64,000 nucleotides of DNA from Vitrella brassicaformis CCMP3155 (Eukaryota > Protista > Chromerida): positions 1-64,000 of the forward strand of contig CDMY01000290.1 of assembly GCA_001179505.1 (NCBI GenBank), given 5' to 3'. Shown in pieces: positions 10,323 to 24,027 of this stretch. Position numbers and translations under genes: made by a program. Each line of letters begins with the position of its first letter. The stretch's first letter is position 1. Under the pieces are notes generated by a model that did no database searches, was not told the DNA's origin, and saw nothing but the letters and a program-made list of their open reading frames with translations.

Positions 10323-13300
10323 TCACAAGAAGTCGACTGACTTGCGCTCCCGCTCCCTCTCCCTCTCCCTCTCGCGCGTATACAAATCGTCCACTTCTCC
10401 CACCTCCTCCTCACTGTGTCGGCCGAAAGGTCCCCCGTCGCTGGCCGTCCGCCCACCCCGGGCAGACAGCCGCTCGTGGTGGTCGGCCTCGGTCTCGGTG
10501 TCCGAGTGCGCCGGCTGCGGAAAGGGCACCGAGATGGCGAAGGGGTGGCTCTTGGGCGGCTTTGGCGTGTCGAGTGAGACCCGCTGGACGATGTTGATGT
10601 GGCGAGGAGGGGGCGGCAGGCCGTGGGAGTCGCCCTCTGCAATGCCAGTGCCCGGTGGGGGCTGCACGTTGAGGGAATATGAGTCGCGATCCATGCGCAG
10701 ATATTGGTCCTGATATCAACACGCACATGGGGCGGGGCGGGCAGAAAGGTGAAAGGGCTGTCTCCCCCAGCATGTGTGAGTGTTTGTGTGGGTGGGCTGG
10801 GTGGATGGGCACCTGTAGGGCATGTTCCTTCTCTCGCCGTGTGGCGTCCTCCCACTGTGCGTGGGCCTGCTTGGCCTCCTTCTGCAGCCGTGCCTGCTCC
10901 GCCTTGTTCGCTGCACAATAGTAATCACACATACAGGAGGAAAACCCTATGTGTGTGGACGCTCTGGTGGCTGTCGGGCTCTGTGTCGGCTGACCTTCCT
11001 GTGCCGCCCTTTCAGCCTCGGCCTTCTTGTCCTCCTCTACCTTGACCAGATAATCTACACAGCCAGACAGACACAGACAGACATCCGTAGACACAGCCAC
11101 AGACAGGCTGCAGATGAACACAGTGCTGCATTCTTGACATCTGTGTGCTCGAGGGCGCCTGGGAGTTGACCTGGGTAGCTGATCTGTGGGTAGTAGGCGT
11201 TGAGTATCTTGAGCATGAAGAAGCTCACGTCCTTGCTCGTCCAGTAGCAGAAGTGCGACTGCAGCAGCGCCAGAGACGTGATGAACCGCTCCGTCGTGTG
11301 CTCCTGCATCGAGTGGTCGAATCGCAGCGCAGGGATGGTCGCCGGGTCCATCTGGACCTCGTCTGCGTTGGGCAGCACCGCACCCACGAACGGCTGACCC
11401 TCCAGCCCGGGATTGGGCACCACGCCCGCCGCCCCATGCCCATGCATGGCTGATGCCTGGCTGGGCGTGGGCGTGGGTGGGGCCGTCGCCTCACTCTCGA
11501 GTGTCGCGGTCTCTGACGCTGCCGGGAATGCTGCCGTGTCCCCCTCCATGCCCAGCGCTTGCTTGGCCGAGTGTGTGGCCGTCTGTGTGGCGGTCTTGAC
11601 CCAATCCCACGTGTCGTCCAGCAGGTTCTGCGTACCCGCCACAAGGGCCAGCTTGGGCGAGTTAGGCGTCTTGTCGTCGGCCGCAGACGATGGCGTGTGT
11701 GTCGAGGGTGAGCCTTGGAGGGCGAGGTTCTGGGTCTGTCTTTTCCTGCGGGCTGAGAAAGGGTTGTTGCGCCGCATTCCGGCGGTCTTCTGTCTGCTGA
11801 GGGGGCCGGTGCGTGCGATGGTGGCGGAGTCAGTCTTGGAGAAGTCGCCGATGCCGCTCCAGGCGGCCCGCAGCTTCTGCGACCAGTCGACCTTGGTGAC
11901 GTGACCTGATTTGATTCATGGCAAAGAGAGAGGGGAATGATATGATAGGCGCTGGTGTGGCTTGTGGGCTGACTTGTGGTGGATGTCCAGAAGGAGGAGT
12001 CCTCGTCGCCCTTGGCGTCGATGTCAATGTTGGCGTCCAGCCGACCTGCAGGCAGCCGTACAGTCACCCCCGAGGACACAGACAGACATCACCAATGCAT
12101 GTGCGCTCTTCTTGGTGCAGATACCCCACTTCTGTGCTGCGGCGAGATGTCGTCGGCATTAGGGTCGCGAGAGCCGGAGCCCCACGGCCACAACTGTTTC
12201 GTCACGCTCGTCGTGAAGTCGGACATCGTCTGGATGAGGGCGTTCTTGGCCACCTGCACACCAGTGACACCCACGTGTGTGTATGTGTGTATACCGGTAG
12301 GCAGACAGGTTGGTGATTGGGTTGTTGGTGCACCTGACCTGCACGCCTCTCTCCCACTCCTTGTATGCCCTGTGTCCGTTGTTTCGCCAGAAGGGCAGCA
12401 GGAGGGGCTCCAGCTCGGGGTTGAGCGACGAGGCGCTGTAGAAGATCGGATCCAGACGGAACGCCTGCAGACAGACAGACGGGTGCGCATGGCGTGGGCG
12501 AGTCATGAATACACACACGCGTGCATCTCTCCATGTGTGCTGCCTGTGCCTGTAATGGATCGTACCACAGGGTCGTGTGGGTGGAAGATGTTGTACAGCC
12601 GCAGGTTGGGGTGGTCCTTGAACAGATCGCTGAACTCGAGATTGCCCCTCACCTCCTGACACATAGATACACACACACATGCGGGTGTTGTGTGTGAGCG
12701 CCCCGTGTCTGTGTGGGAGGGAGGGGGGGGGGGGGGGNNNNNNNNNNNNNNNNNNNNNNNNNNNNNNNNNNNNNNNNNNNNNNNNNNNNNNNNNNNNNNN
12801 NNNNNNNNNNNNNNNNNNNNNNNNNNNNNNNNNNNNNNNNNNNNNNNNNNNNNNNNNNNNNNNNNNNNNNNNNNNNNNNNNNNNNNNNNNNNNNNNNNNN
12901 NNNNNNNNNNNNNNNNNNNNNNNNNNNNNNNNNNNNNNNNNNNNNNNNNNNNNNNNNNNNNNNNNNNNNNNNNNNNNNNNNNNNNNNNNNNNNNNNNNNN
13001 NNNNNNNNNNNNNNNNNNNNNNNNNNNNNNNNNNNNNGGGGGGGGGGGGGGGCTGACTGATGGCCACATGTACTAGTTCGTTGGCGAGTGAGAGGAAAAT
13101 GGCGATGGGGCTGCCCCAGAGGAAGAAGTGCTCCACCTGGAAATTCAGCTTCGGGCGCATGAAGCCCTCGCCATGCTGCACAGCCATACACACACCACAC
13201 CATGACTTGTCTGTGTCCATCTGTGTGTCTGCCTCTCTGTCAGTCTGTTTCCTCACCGTTCGCGTGAACATGCCACTCAGCAGATCGAAGGCAATCACGC

Positions 13301-15567
13301 TTAACGACACATACACACACGTGTCGGAAGTGTGTGTGTGTGTGTGTCTTTTGCGTGTTCATACCCGCCAAGCGAGTGCCCGACCAAGGCAATCTTGGCC
13401 GAGCCGAAACGGTCAGGATCCTCCTGACACAGCCAGTAAAGTATGACACACCGATGTGGGGGCAGTGCCGTGCAGTGCCGTGGTCTCTGTGTATGTCTGT
13501 GGTGCGGTCACCGACCTGTTTGAGTTTCCACACGATAGTGTTGAGTTGAAATGCCACCTCGGTTATGATGACATCGCCGAAACGAGGCGTCATGTACAGC
13601 CCCAAGTCACCCACTGCCTGCATCAACCAAAGAAGGAAAGAAGCAAAGAAGGCTTTAGTGTCCTTGGTTAGTGCGTCCATCCATCCATCCATCGATCGTA
13701 CCGAGTTGATGAACAGTCGAGTGTCCTTCTGCCCCTCGAGCACAATGCGCTGAAACAACCTGCACCACATCGCACCAACGTGTGTGGAACACGCGTGTGT
13801 GTGTGTGTGTGTGGTTGGTGTGCTCACTTTTCCTGCATGAAGAGGGCCTCATTCTTCCAGTTGACGCACTCGAGATGCAGCTCCATCGAACACTCCCAAA
13901 ACCTGCGGACCACACTCGCGCCTGCCTCCCTNNNNNNNNNNNNNNNNNNNNNNNNNNNNNNNNNNNNNNNNNNNNNNNNNNNNNNNNNNNNNNNNNNNNN
14001 NNNNNNNNNNNNNNNNNNNNNNNNNNNNNNNNNNNNNNNNNNNNNNNNNNNNNNNNNNNNNNNNNNNNNNNNNNNNNNNNNNNNNNNNNNNNNNNNNNNN
14101 NNNNNNNNNNNNNNNNNNNNNNNNNNNNNNNNNNNNNNNNNNNNNNNNNNNNNNNNNNNNNNNNNNNNNNNNNNNNNNNNNNNNNNNNNNNNNNNNNNNN
14201 NNNNNNNNNNNNNNNNNNNNNNNNNNNNNNNTCTCTCTCTCTCTCTCTCTCTCTCTCTGGCCCGTACCAGTGTTCCCTAATGAACGACAGTGTGGCAGCG
14301 AAGTTGTCGACATTCTTCTGCAGACTCCCCTCGTCGGTCCCAATGCCATGCACTATGAGTATGATGTAGTCGACCGGCGGCGGGCCCTCCGCATCCTCCT
14401 CATCCCCTTCGTCCGCCTCATCACCACCATAAGACGAAGGGGGCGCCACGCCCACCCCCACAGGCGGCTGCCCCACGTACCCCTTGGCGCGCCCTCCGAC
14501 CCGGCGCGTGATGCGCTTGGGCAGCTGCACCTTGCCCTTCCGCCGCATGCCGATCTCCCTCCCTATGTCGGCATCCAGCTCCACCGTCGACTTCTTCCTC
14601 AAGGTGCTATCCCGCCGCCGGCTCGCTTCCCCACCCCTGCCCGCAGCCGCCTTTTTCTGCTGCTGCATCATGGCCGCATGGGCGGCCTGCATGGCTTTCT
14701 TGTCAGCGTGTGTGTCGCTCTTGCTCGTCGCCGCATCGGAAGGAGGGGGCGCAGCGGCAGCGACACTGGCTGCGGCCGCCGGCTGGCCCATCCATGAGGT
14801 GAGCGAGAATACGTCGTAGTCTATTGGGGGCGGCTCGACGCCTCCCTTGGGTGTCTGGTGTGCGGCTGGGGGTGATGTCACACCAGAGGGGGCGGGAGGG
14901 GCGGCCGACCCGCGCTGCTTGGTGGGGGACGTGGACGCGCCACCACGCAGCTTGGAGCTCCTCCGGGGGCGGGCGTAGGGCCGAACTGAAAGCAAAGCGG
15001 AACACAGCACACACACACACGCGACACGAAGTGATGAGACGAATGCATTCCTCGAGCCTGTGGGAGTGTGATTTTTATTTCACCTTCGGGTCGGAATCCG
15101 ATAACCGGCGCATCGACATCTTCGTCCTCCTCTGCTGCTGCCTCGCCATCGCCAGCCCCCCTCTCGACCCTCTCGCCGCCTCCCCGCAGGCTCGGGGTCG
15201 TCTGCACGTCCATCTCACGTCCGACAGACAGCAGCCCCTTGGTCGTAGCCCTGCTCGTCACCGGCTCGCTCCTATCGCCGGCCAACACCGGCTCCTGCCG
15301 ACCACTGGCACCCTCGGACACCAACTCGCCCTGCGTCATCGAACCACGAAGATCAAGGGCCGTGATGCCCGTCTGTGCGGGTTGTCCATCTGGCGATTGT
15401 TCGTCGGCCGCCATCATGTTGGGTGTGGCGTGGGGCATCTCTGGCGAGAGGTTCTCGGGAGCGAAGTTGATGCTCACGCGCCGGAAGGAGCTGGACCCGG
15501 ACTGGGGTGACGCCTCATGGTCGGCAGATGAGGGGGAAGTGGGCGTGTAGGAGCCGGCAGAATGCAT
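10323..15567 (-). CDS. DDHD-domain phospholipase A1 (PA-PLA1/DDHD1/SEC23IP-like), multi-exon, spans two gaps
   Basis: IILIVHGIG; lipase nucleophile motif IALVGHSLGG at about 13367-13395; FFLWGSPIAIFL; LYNIFHPHDPV|AFRLDP; RFDHSMQE...SHFCYWTSKDVSFFMLK. Confidence 0.9.
12738..13037. other. Assembly gap (300 N), flanked by poly-G on both sides
   Basis: N run with G homopolymers at about 12720-12737 and 13038-13052. Confidence 0.98.
13932..14231. other. Assembly gap (300 N) next to a (TC)n microsatellite
   Basis: N run followed by tctctc... at 14232-14258. Confidence 0.98.
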
Positions 15568-15886
15568 CTCTCGACGACAGATCTGCCGTGCGTCGCAGGC
15601 AAGGGATGATCAGTCAGGGCTCACTCACAGAAAGAGCAGTAATTCATTCAGCCGCGCTGATAGCTCAGCGCATCGGTTGACTGCACGCCTCACACGGGTA
15701 CTCTCGCGTCGCTTACACTTCCTTTCTCTCCTCTCTTTCGATCCGCCTGCGAGCTTTTCTTCGCAGAGCGACCGTGGGGTATCTCATCATCATAAGCGGG
15801 CTCTCCTTGTTGTCTGGTCACTCATTGTGTAAGATCTGGCCAAGATCTCCCGGTTTGCGTGAGTCTCTGCCGACCCCCGCTCATCG

Positions 15887-18264
15887 ATGCAGCCGAAGGG
15901 GGAGGACGCGCGCACGTTGGAGATGCGGACCAACGGCACGCCCACGACGGAGATCGGGAAGGTCAAGGAGGTCGCCACATCTGAGGGGAGGGGCGACTCC
16001 GATGACCAGACCAAGGACGACCAGACCAGCCTCGAGATAGACAAGGACCAGGACGACGAGACCAAGGCCAGGGAAGGTAACAAGCATGGCTGCAAGTGGT
16101 GGCTTGATCATGCCGACGCTGTGTCTTTGGCTGCATGCAATGTGCAATGTGTGATGTGACTGCATAGATGAGGAGGGCCGTCATGAGGGCTGGCGTGGGA
16201 TCCTCACAGGGTTTGGCTATCTCGGCTTCGTGGCCTTCGGGGGACCGATGGCCCACCTCGGCATCTACGAGAAGGAGTTTGTCGAGCGGTGAGTGACACA
16301 CACGCATACAGCAGACACACAATGGGGTCACGGCTGCCTGTCTGTCTGTCGACTGCAGTCGCAAGTGGATATCGATGGGCGTGTTCACCGAGATGATTGC
16401 ACTCGGCCAGTGCCTTCCGGGACCGACATCCACACAGGTACCACAGGAGTAAAGAGAGGCACTGGCCGGGATACCCACTGCCCACTGTCCCTCCTTCCTC
16501 TTTGCTCCAGATTTCGTTCGCTTTGGGCACGACGCAGGCAGGTCTGCTGGGCGGCATTGCCACAGGGCTCATGTTCCTGCTGCCGGGGTTCATTATCCAG
16601 ACATTCGCTGGTAAGCGGCATCGGCTAGCCAGCCGCATTTGGTGTATCTGTATCTGTGTCGTGTTTGCAGGTTATGGCCTTGGCGAGTTGCTGAAGCTGC
16701 CTGACTCGTGGATACGTGGCCTGACGGGGGGGCTGGGGACGGCCGGTGTGGCCCTCGTCTGGTCGGCGGCGTATGGCCTCGGCAAGAAACTGCTCACAGA
16801 TTGGGTCACACAGGTAGGTGTGCTCCCACGAAGGAGGCTCTGTACACATGGCATCAGATTTTCCCTCGTCTGTTTGCCCACACACCACACAGGGTCTGGG
16901 TGTGTTCTCGGCTGTGATCGCATACTACCACACCGAGGCGTGGACCTTCCCGACCCTCATAGTGTTTGGCGGCATCGTGACCACCATCCAACACACCATC
17001 AGACACCACGACCTCACTCTCAAGAACGAAACCACCCTCTCCACCAAGGTCAGCCGTGGGCGGAGAAAGGGGACTGGATATCGCTAACTGGCACCATTTG
17101 CCTTGTGCCTTTGTGGTGCCTGGGTGCACTGCAGGTCGGCAAGGGCATTCCTCTGTGGCTGGGTGGGGTCCTGCTGTTTTCGTGGGCGGCCATTCTCATC
17201 ATTATGGTGTGTGTGCGGCCGACCGTGCCTTACGAGGACGCCCCGCCGCTGCATTGGTTCGAGGCCTTCTACCGCATCGGCAGCTTCATCTTCGGCGGCG
17301 GGCAGGTGGTGCTGCCCATGATACTCGAGTATGCTGCCCCCACCAGTTTGGCGGATACTGCTCGCGTTGTGTTGTTGGGTGTCTACTTGTGTTCTTGTGC
17401 AGGACGGTCGTGCAGTTCGACAGATGCGACCCCGACGCGGGGACGGTGAGAAAATGCGGCCCTGCACACACCACACTGACACACTGACACACTGACTGAT
17501 ACAGAGGACTCCGGCGGTCATTCATGTCGTGGTGCCTGGTTTGTGTTCCATCAGACGTGTGTGGACAAGGAGCTGCCTACTGTGCGCGATGGCGGCCCGT
17601 CATGGATATCGCAGGAGGAGTTCCTCACAGGGCTGGCAGTAGCACAGGCAATGCCAGGTGGGTGTAGGTGTGTGAGTTAATGACGACCGAGGCAACCATT
17701 GCTGCATGTCTGTGTGTGTCAGGGCCGCTGTTCAACATTTCTGGTTACATTGGCGTCCTTGTCGGCGGAGCGGGGGGCGCCTTCCTCTGCTGGTGAGTGA
17801 GAATCACACACCAACTGGAAAGGCAAACGAGTGCGTGTGATCGTTCTCTGTGGTTGTGTGTGTCAGGATTGGTTTGTTCCTGCCCGGCATCCTTCTGATT
17901 TTTGGCGTGCTGCCCTTCTGGACCTCCCTGCGCAAGACGCAGGTCTACCGACGGGCGCTGCCCGGCCTCAACGCGTCGGCTGTCGGCCTCGTCTTCGCCG
18001 CATGTGCGCAGCTGTCCCTATCGGTACGTCCATATGGCCATGTTGCCAACCCTCACCGTCATGATGAGAATGCATTGCTGTCTGTGGATTGGATTGGATT
18101 GACGCTGCCTGCAGGCCCTGAACACGAGCCCTTTCCCACATGCGGCAGTCTGCATCGGCTTCATCGCGTTTGCGATGGTGTTTGCCTTCAAGATATCGGC
18201 CCCGCTGGCCGTCATCGCCGGCGGGGCGCTGGGCGTCGTCGCATGGGCAGCTGACATGAACTGA
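15887..18264 (+). CDS. chrA: Chromate ion transporter (CHR family, long two-domain form)
   Basis: Spliced motifs LGFVAFGGPMAHLG, GQCLPGPTSTQ, YRIGSFIFGGGQVVLP and EEFLTGLAVAQAMPGPLFNISGYIG. Stop TGA at 18262-18264. Confidence 0.92.
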
Positions 18265-19144
18265 CACACACACATACAAACCATACACACAGGCGGATTC
18301 TTCAACGATGCATTCATTTATCTGTGGTTTAGTAAGGCGTGGCATGGACAGACAGACTGGCTTCATTCATTCGTGCGGCTGGGCGGCCGGCCGTGTGCGG
18401 TGCAGTGCGGCATACATTGGGAATATAATGGGTGAGATTGGCTCTCCCACATACATACGTGCATTGCGGCGGTCGCGGCCTGGCCGTTTTATAGTAGGAT
18501 GGATGCCATCGGCGGACAGAGAGGCTGACTGAGGTTTGTATTGTATCTGTGTGATGCGATCTCGTTTTATCGGCGAGTTTTGATGCGTGGATGAGTAAAG
18601 TATTAGGGACGGGTGCATTGCATTGGCATGGCGTAGGTTGATGGCCGCACACAGTGCCCTCTTTGCGCGAGAGCGAGTACATACACGCGGGACGGACGAG
18701 AGAGACACATTTTGTCAATGAGCGTCATGCACGTCTGACTAACCACATCAATGAAGGGGCATATCGGTAAGTGTCAGCCAGTGAGAGTTCGGAGCTCAAG
18801 CAGCCACAGGAATGGCCACAGGGAATGGCCACAGGGAAGACAGGCGCATGTGGGTGCGACACGGCAACCCTCAAGTGGCTTGCTGTCGTTCGCTCAGATG
18901 CGGCGATGCGGTCTGTCTGTGCGGATGGGAAAGTGCTGTCATTCGTTCGCTCAGATGCGGCATTCACAGAAAAACACGGTCAGTCGGGGCGTCCATCATA
19001 CACACACCCATCCCGGACAGACTATGAACAGGACAGCAGCCAGACAGTAACGGCCGCATCGGATCAAACACATGCCCTCATGAATGACCGCAGCAGCTCT
19101 TGTCAGCTCAACTGCCACATTCACTCTACAAATCATGTCTGTCG

Positions 19145-20601
19145 CTACGCTACTTGGGTCTGCCCTGCTGCCCTAAAGTGCGTCTCCAGCTTCGTCATGG
19201 CCTCACCCCAGTCCGCATCGGTCGGCGGGTCGCCCTTGGAGTTGATGATCGAAAAATCGATACTCACACCATCCAGTGCTGGGCAGAGGAGAGCCTGACA
19301 ATGCAACCCAACCCGACACAGAGCAGATAGATGGGTCTGTCGGTCGGTCGCTTCTTTGATGGGGGGATCGGTATACCTGCACGATGGCCTCAGCGACGGA
19401 TACGCGCAGGCAGTCTCCTGCCATCTGGTCGCCCGGGGCTATCTCCACTCTCTGCTTGTCGCCGCCTGCCGTTCATTCACACACGAAACGACGAATGGAT
19501 GGAGCCATCATTCAATTGCATACACCTGTTTGTTTGTGTGTGTGCCGACCTTCAATCTTGAGCAGTGTCGCCACGTCCGGGTTTGTATACGGACCACCAA
19601 TCAGCCTCCCTGGCCTGATGCGACAGACACACCACAGCAGCCAGGCATCGCTCGCCAAGACTTTTGCAAGCAAGCGCCATCGTCCCTCTGCTCACCTGAC
19701 GATGACATAATCGTAGCCGCACTCCTTTGACGCCGACATGACAGCCTCCTCTCCCGATTTCTTCGCATCCAATACCCCGAAAAGATTGAGGATGGAGAAG
19801 GGCAGCTGTCCAGGACGACGCACGCCGATCGACGTTGGCAGAGCGAATTTCTTGAGGCCGCCCTGCTTCCTCAGTTGTTCCACTACTGCTCTGGTTCCCT
19901 CCTCATCGATCGCCTTGGGAGTGTTGCCTCCCTTCCACTTGCCTGTGCACAAACACCGACATAGCACAACCATGGCCTGCTGTGTATCTCTTTGCGCATG
20001 TGGTGTTACCTGTCGGGAAAGCGGTTGTGCCGGTGCACACGACGACTGCACTGGCGTCTGCAAGCGCACTCGGTAGACTTGATGGGTCTCTCACATCGCC
20101 CCTTGCCACTTCAACGCCCTGCGCTGCGAGTGCTTCGAGCGGCCCCCCAGGCCCGCTGGCTCTCTCAGGGCTCCTGGACAAGGCGCGCACCTGATGAAGC
20201 AGAAGCAACAGACCTGCGTGTTGTTATATGCATAGATCTGCAGGACGTTGTCGGTCCCTGACCTTACTTTGAATCGGCCAAGTTGTGCAAGACGCTGCGT
20301 GACCAGCTGCCCAACACCTCCCGTGGCACCTGCGATGGAAAAGCACACAGATCTTCTTCCCACCAACCTGTCTTCTCGTGCTTTGCTTACCTGCAACCAC
20401 AATGGTATCACCATCGCTTAGCGCGGCCATCTTGACATTTTGCCGTAGTGCTGGTTCTCGGGACGTCCTGCTGACCTGCCGCAAGGGTTGTAATGCAGCA
20501 AAGGCAGTGTCTGCAAAGGGCGCAGCAAGGTGGATGGCTGACGATGATGAACAAATCAACATTAGCGCCAGGATATGGTGCCAGTGCATCAGAGGGTGCA
20601 T
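19145..20601 (-). CDS. NAD(P)-binding Rossmann-fold protein (atypical SDR/NmrA-like), probably plastid-targeted
   Basis: IVVA|GATGGVGQLV; VARGDVRD; VVVCTGTTAFPT; ILNLFGVLDAKKSGEE; YVIVR|PGRLIGGPYT. N-terminal hydrophobic signal peptide followed by an Ala/Ser/Arg-rich transit-like stretch. Confidence 0.85.
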
Positions 20602-20771
20602 TGGGGCGTCCTTTCCTCTCGTTCCCCTCAAAAATCGCAGGAGAGAGAGCGGTTTTACGGATAGATCTGCGAGCTTGGCATTAAGAGGGGCAGGCCTTCT
20701 GTGATTCGACTGGACGTGCACAACAGCAATGATCTGACCATGAAGCCAAGATCTGCGTTATCTGCTGCCAG

Positions 20772-21409
20772 ATGAAGGTCGGCGCTGCTGTGATGGCCGT
20801 GTTGTGCCTCACGGCCTCGGCCATCGACAGGGGAGGGACGGGAGCAGGTCATGCACGGCACGCATCCAAGCCAGGACCGTCCCTGGTCCCTGGCTTCCAG
20901 CCATCCCTCTCCGTGAGCTCTCTGAGAACAGCCACAACGACGCACATGAGTGTCCGGTCCAACCTGAAGATGAGTGCAGCACCCGCCGTTGCACCCCCCA
21001 CTGAGGCGCAGCCGAGGAAGATGCTGCGGCTGCGCGTCAAGGAAGACGAAGAAGAGGCAGGACGAGACGATGCGCAAGCGGAAACCGAGGCAGCAACCAC
21101 TGTCCAGCTGACAAGGTGCGGGCAGATGGATGATTGATAAGCCCACGTGTGCCATCACTCTCTCTTTCGTGTTTGGTATCTTTCGTCAGGGATCCGGGCA
21201 CGGCTACGATGGTCCTTCGAGGCATCCTGACACCGACTGGCAAGACGACGGTCATCGGCAACGCCAACCAGGCCCCTCGCAGCGGCGGCTCGGGACTCCA
21301 GGCGGCCACGCTCGAGATGCGATCGGTGATGCTGATGCTGGCGCTGGTGCTCCTGCTGGCGATGGTGATGCTGATTACCCGGACCAGGAGATGGAACGGC
21401 TGCTTGTAG
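20772..21409 (+). CDS. Small hypothetical protein with signal peptide, transit-like region and C-terminal TM helix
   Basis: MKVGAAVMAVLCLTASA leader; in-phase GT-AG intron at about 21117-21190; VMLMLALVLLLAMVMLIT TM segment; TAG at 21407-21409. Confidence 0.6.
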
Positions 21410-22192
21410 AGGGGTCTCCATCACTCCCTTTTTCGGTGTGCGTTCTGTGCTGATATGAGCTGAGCTCTGTCTGTGTGTATGTGTGTCTGTGTGGGTTGGT
21501 TGCCGTTTGAATCAGCGTTGTGCATGTCGTGCTGGCCCGCTGAGTCAGGCGCTGCTGTAAAGAGATGACGTCTTATATGTACTTGTGGATTTCAATCAAG
21601 GGAGGGTTTAAAGACTTTCAATGCGTGTATGTGTGAGTCAGTGGGTGGGTGGGTATCTGGTCGGTCGCCTACTGGCGACGGATGGATGGCCGCGAACGGA
21701 GAGAGAGACGGACCAAGGGGACGGAGGGGTGTGACTGATATGCTGTTTGTTCATGACTGACTGCTGCTGGGTGACACTCTGCTCGATGGACGGATGCGAT
21801 CAATTGGCGTCTTTTGAATTGTTGACCTATTTTTGGTGCCCAAACCGATGAATGAATGGATGGATTACTCAATATCAGTCGACGGACAATCGCATCACAT
21901 ACCTCCTGTAACACTTGTCCTTTGAAGTGCGTCTCTCAGACTGCAAGCATGGGTCCATCTGTCCGTTCCTCCCTTTCTCCCTCTCTCTCACCATCAGCAC
22001 CAGCTTCGAGGTCGATGTGATCCTTCCCCTTTCTTGATCATGAATGCAATGTGATCGATCAGTGCGCGTGACATACATTCATCGATCGATCAGTTTGTCA
22101 GTCCATTTGCTGGCTGAACGTCAGCGATTTCATTCCTGTCGCATGTCGCGGTGTGTCGGTCTGTGTGTTGGTCGGTCAGTGGCGGGTTTTGC

Positions 22193-24027
22193 TCAGACGA
22201 CCTGCACCTGCTGGCCGGTCACTCTGTCGACGCGTGGGAACACAGTGCCGTACCCAAATCGACGCTTCTGGCTCGCTGACACACACACACACACACAGAC
22301 AGAGGGAGAGAGGATCCGCTCATTCATTCTTGCATCCACAGAGTCAGGTTTTGGCTGACTGGGGAGGGGCAGCGGGACGAGCACTTTGTCAATGTCTTCG
22401 CCCAGCACTGACACAAAACACACACTCATGGGTGCCCCCATCCATCCATCCATCCATCTCCTTCTCGTGTGCACACGAGTGAATGACCTTGGATGATGTT
22501 CTCGACGATGCCCATGTCGTATGGATTGGGACGCTCACCCTCTCTGCGGCGCTTCTCACCTACACACACATCCATCCATCCATCCATGAGACATACACTC
22601 CAGTGTCAACTGATGTGTGTGTCGGTCGTTGTTGTAGGTACAGAATTCGATGGTTGTCATGTTGTGGGAGATGAGCCAGCAGTGGAAGAGAAAGAACCCG
22701 CCAACCACCAAAGTCAGAATGTACGACAGCACAATCCCAAACAGCACGATGATCAACGTACCTGCAGTCCAACACGAGAGACATCATCTACATGCCTCAC
22801 TGACTGTCTCCCTGTCTCCCTCACCGTATGTGCTCATTGGGTCCTCGGCGTAGACGGCGAATCGCGGCGTGAGTGTCAAATCGACCATCAGCAGCACGCA
22901 CACAGCGTACTGAGAAGAGACACCACCGACAACAAGATGCCAATCGTCCCTCCCTCCTTCTCTGCCTTCCCTCCCTCTCACCAGCAGGGACAGGAAGAAG
23001 TACTTCTGATGGATGCATGAAACACACACCCACACCCACACCCACACCCACACACAGACACACACATGCAATGCATGTGTGGTTGGTCCTTTACTGCGTG
23101 TTTCGTGCCTGGTTTCTGAATCCCACGCAGTTGGCGATCCACTGCAGACAGACACATGGCACACGGAGGGGACAAGCTCACCGATCCATCTGCAGCTGAT
23201 CGGTATGAGATCAAACCGGGCAGTAGTGGTCCATCTTGAGGATGTTGCAGCCGAGAGGCCGGCAGTAGTGCGCCCTGTCTGATGAATAAACAATATACCA
23301 ACCGACATACAAGTGACCGGTGCACACATTCATCCATTCATCCACTCACGCACCTGGTTTGAAGAGTTTCTCGTATTTGCAGAATCGTTTGTCGCCGTTC
23401 TCCTTGCGCTCTATCACGAGCTCGTCTGCCGGCTCTGTCGACCACTGGCGGCTAGGAATGAAGCCGGCGTCCTCCAACACGGCACGGGCGTACGACCACA
23501 CAAACAACCCCAACAGAAAGTGCAGCACAACCGCCTCAATCCAGCCCTCTGCACGTCAGAAAGAGAAACAGAGAGAGGTCCATCAACATTGATAGACAAT
23601 GGTGAGTCATGATGTGTGGTCTCCCATTACGCGTCTCGATGTCGTGGTTGCGGATCTTGGCGGGCAACGCACGCTGCAGCAGCGGCAAGATGCGATACCT
23701 GAAACAACACACACTCACATGTCTCCCTCCTTCTCTGGCATGGTGGGTGGACTGAGTCCACTGACAGAATGTGTGCGACGTAGATGAGTCCGAAGAGGAA
23801 GGCGATGAACACAACCGGCGAGTACTTGACGAACGACTGATCCAAGGAACGAACAGAGACATTATCATGCAAAACAACAAGTGCTCTGCAGCTGCTCTCT
23901 CTCTCTCTCTCTCTCTGTCGAGCAGTGAGAGTATGCATACCTGCTGTCGGGTGAGGTCTGCGAGGAGCAGAGGGTACTTACGGTCTGACTCACGGACGGG
24001 CTCCTTCATCACCTCCCTGCTCTCCAT
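22193..24027 (-). CDS. DHHC-family palmitoyl S-acyltransferase, DHYC variant
   Basis: DAGFIP; RFCKYEKLFKP|DRAHYCRPLGCNILKMDHYCP|WIANCVGFRNQ|KYFFLSLL; NMTTIEF (TTxE); NPYDMG. Confidence 0.9.

Noticed and set aside
12503-14369. Long ORFs containing X runs and poly-P/poly-G
   Set aside because: These are artefacts of translating through N gaps and flanking homopolymers. The same applies to the ORFs crossing the other three gaps.
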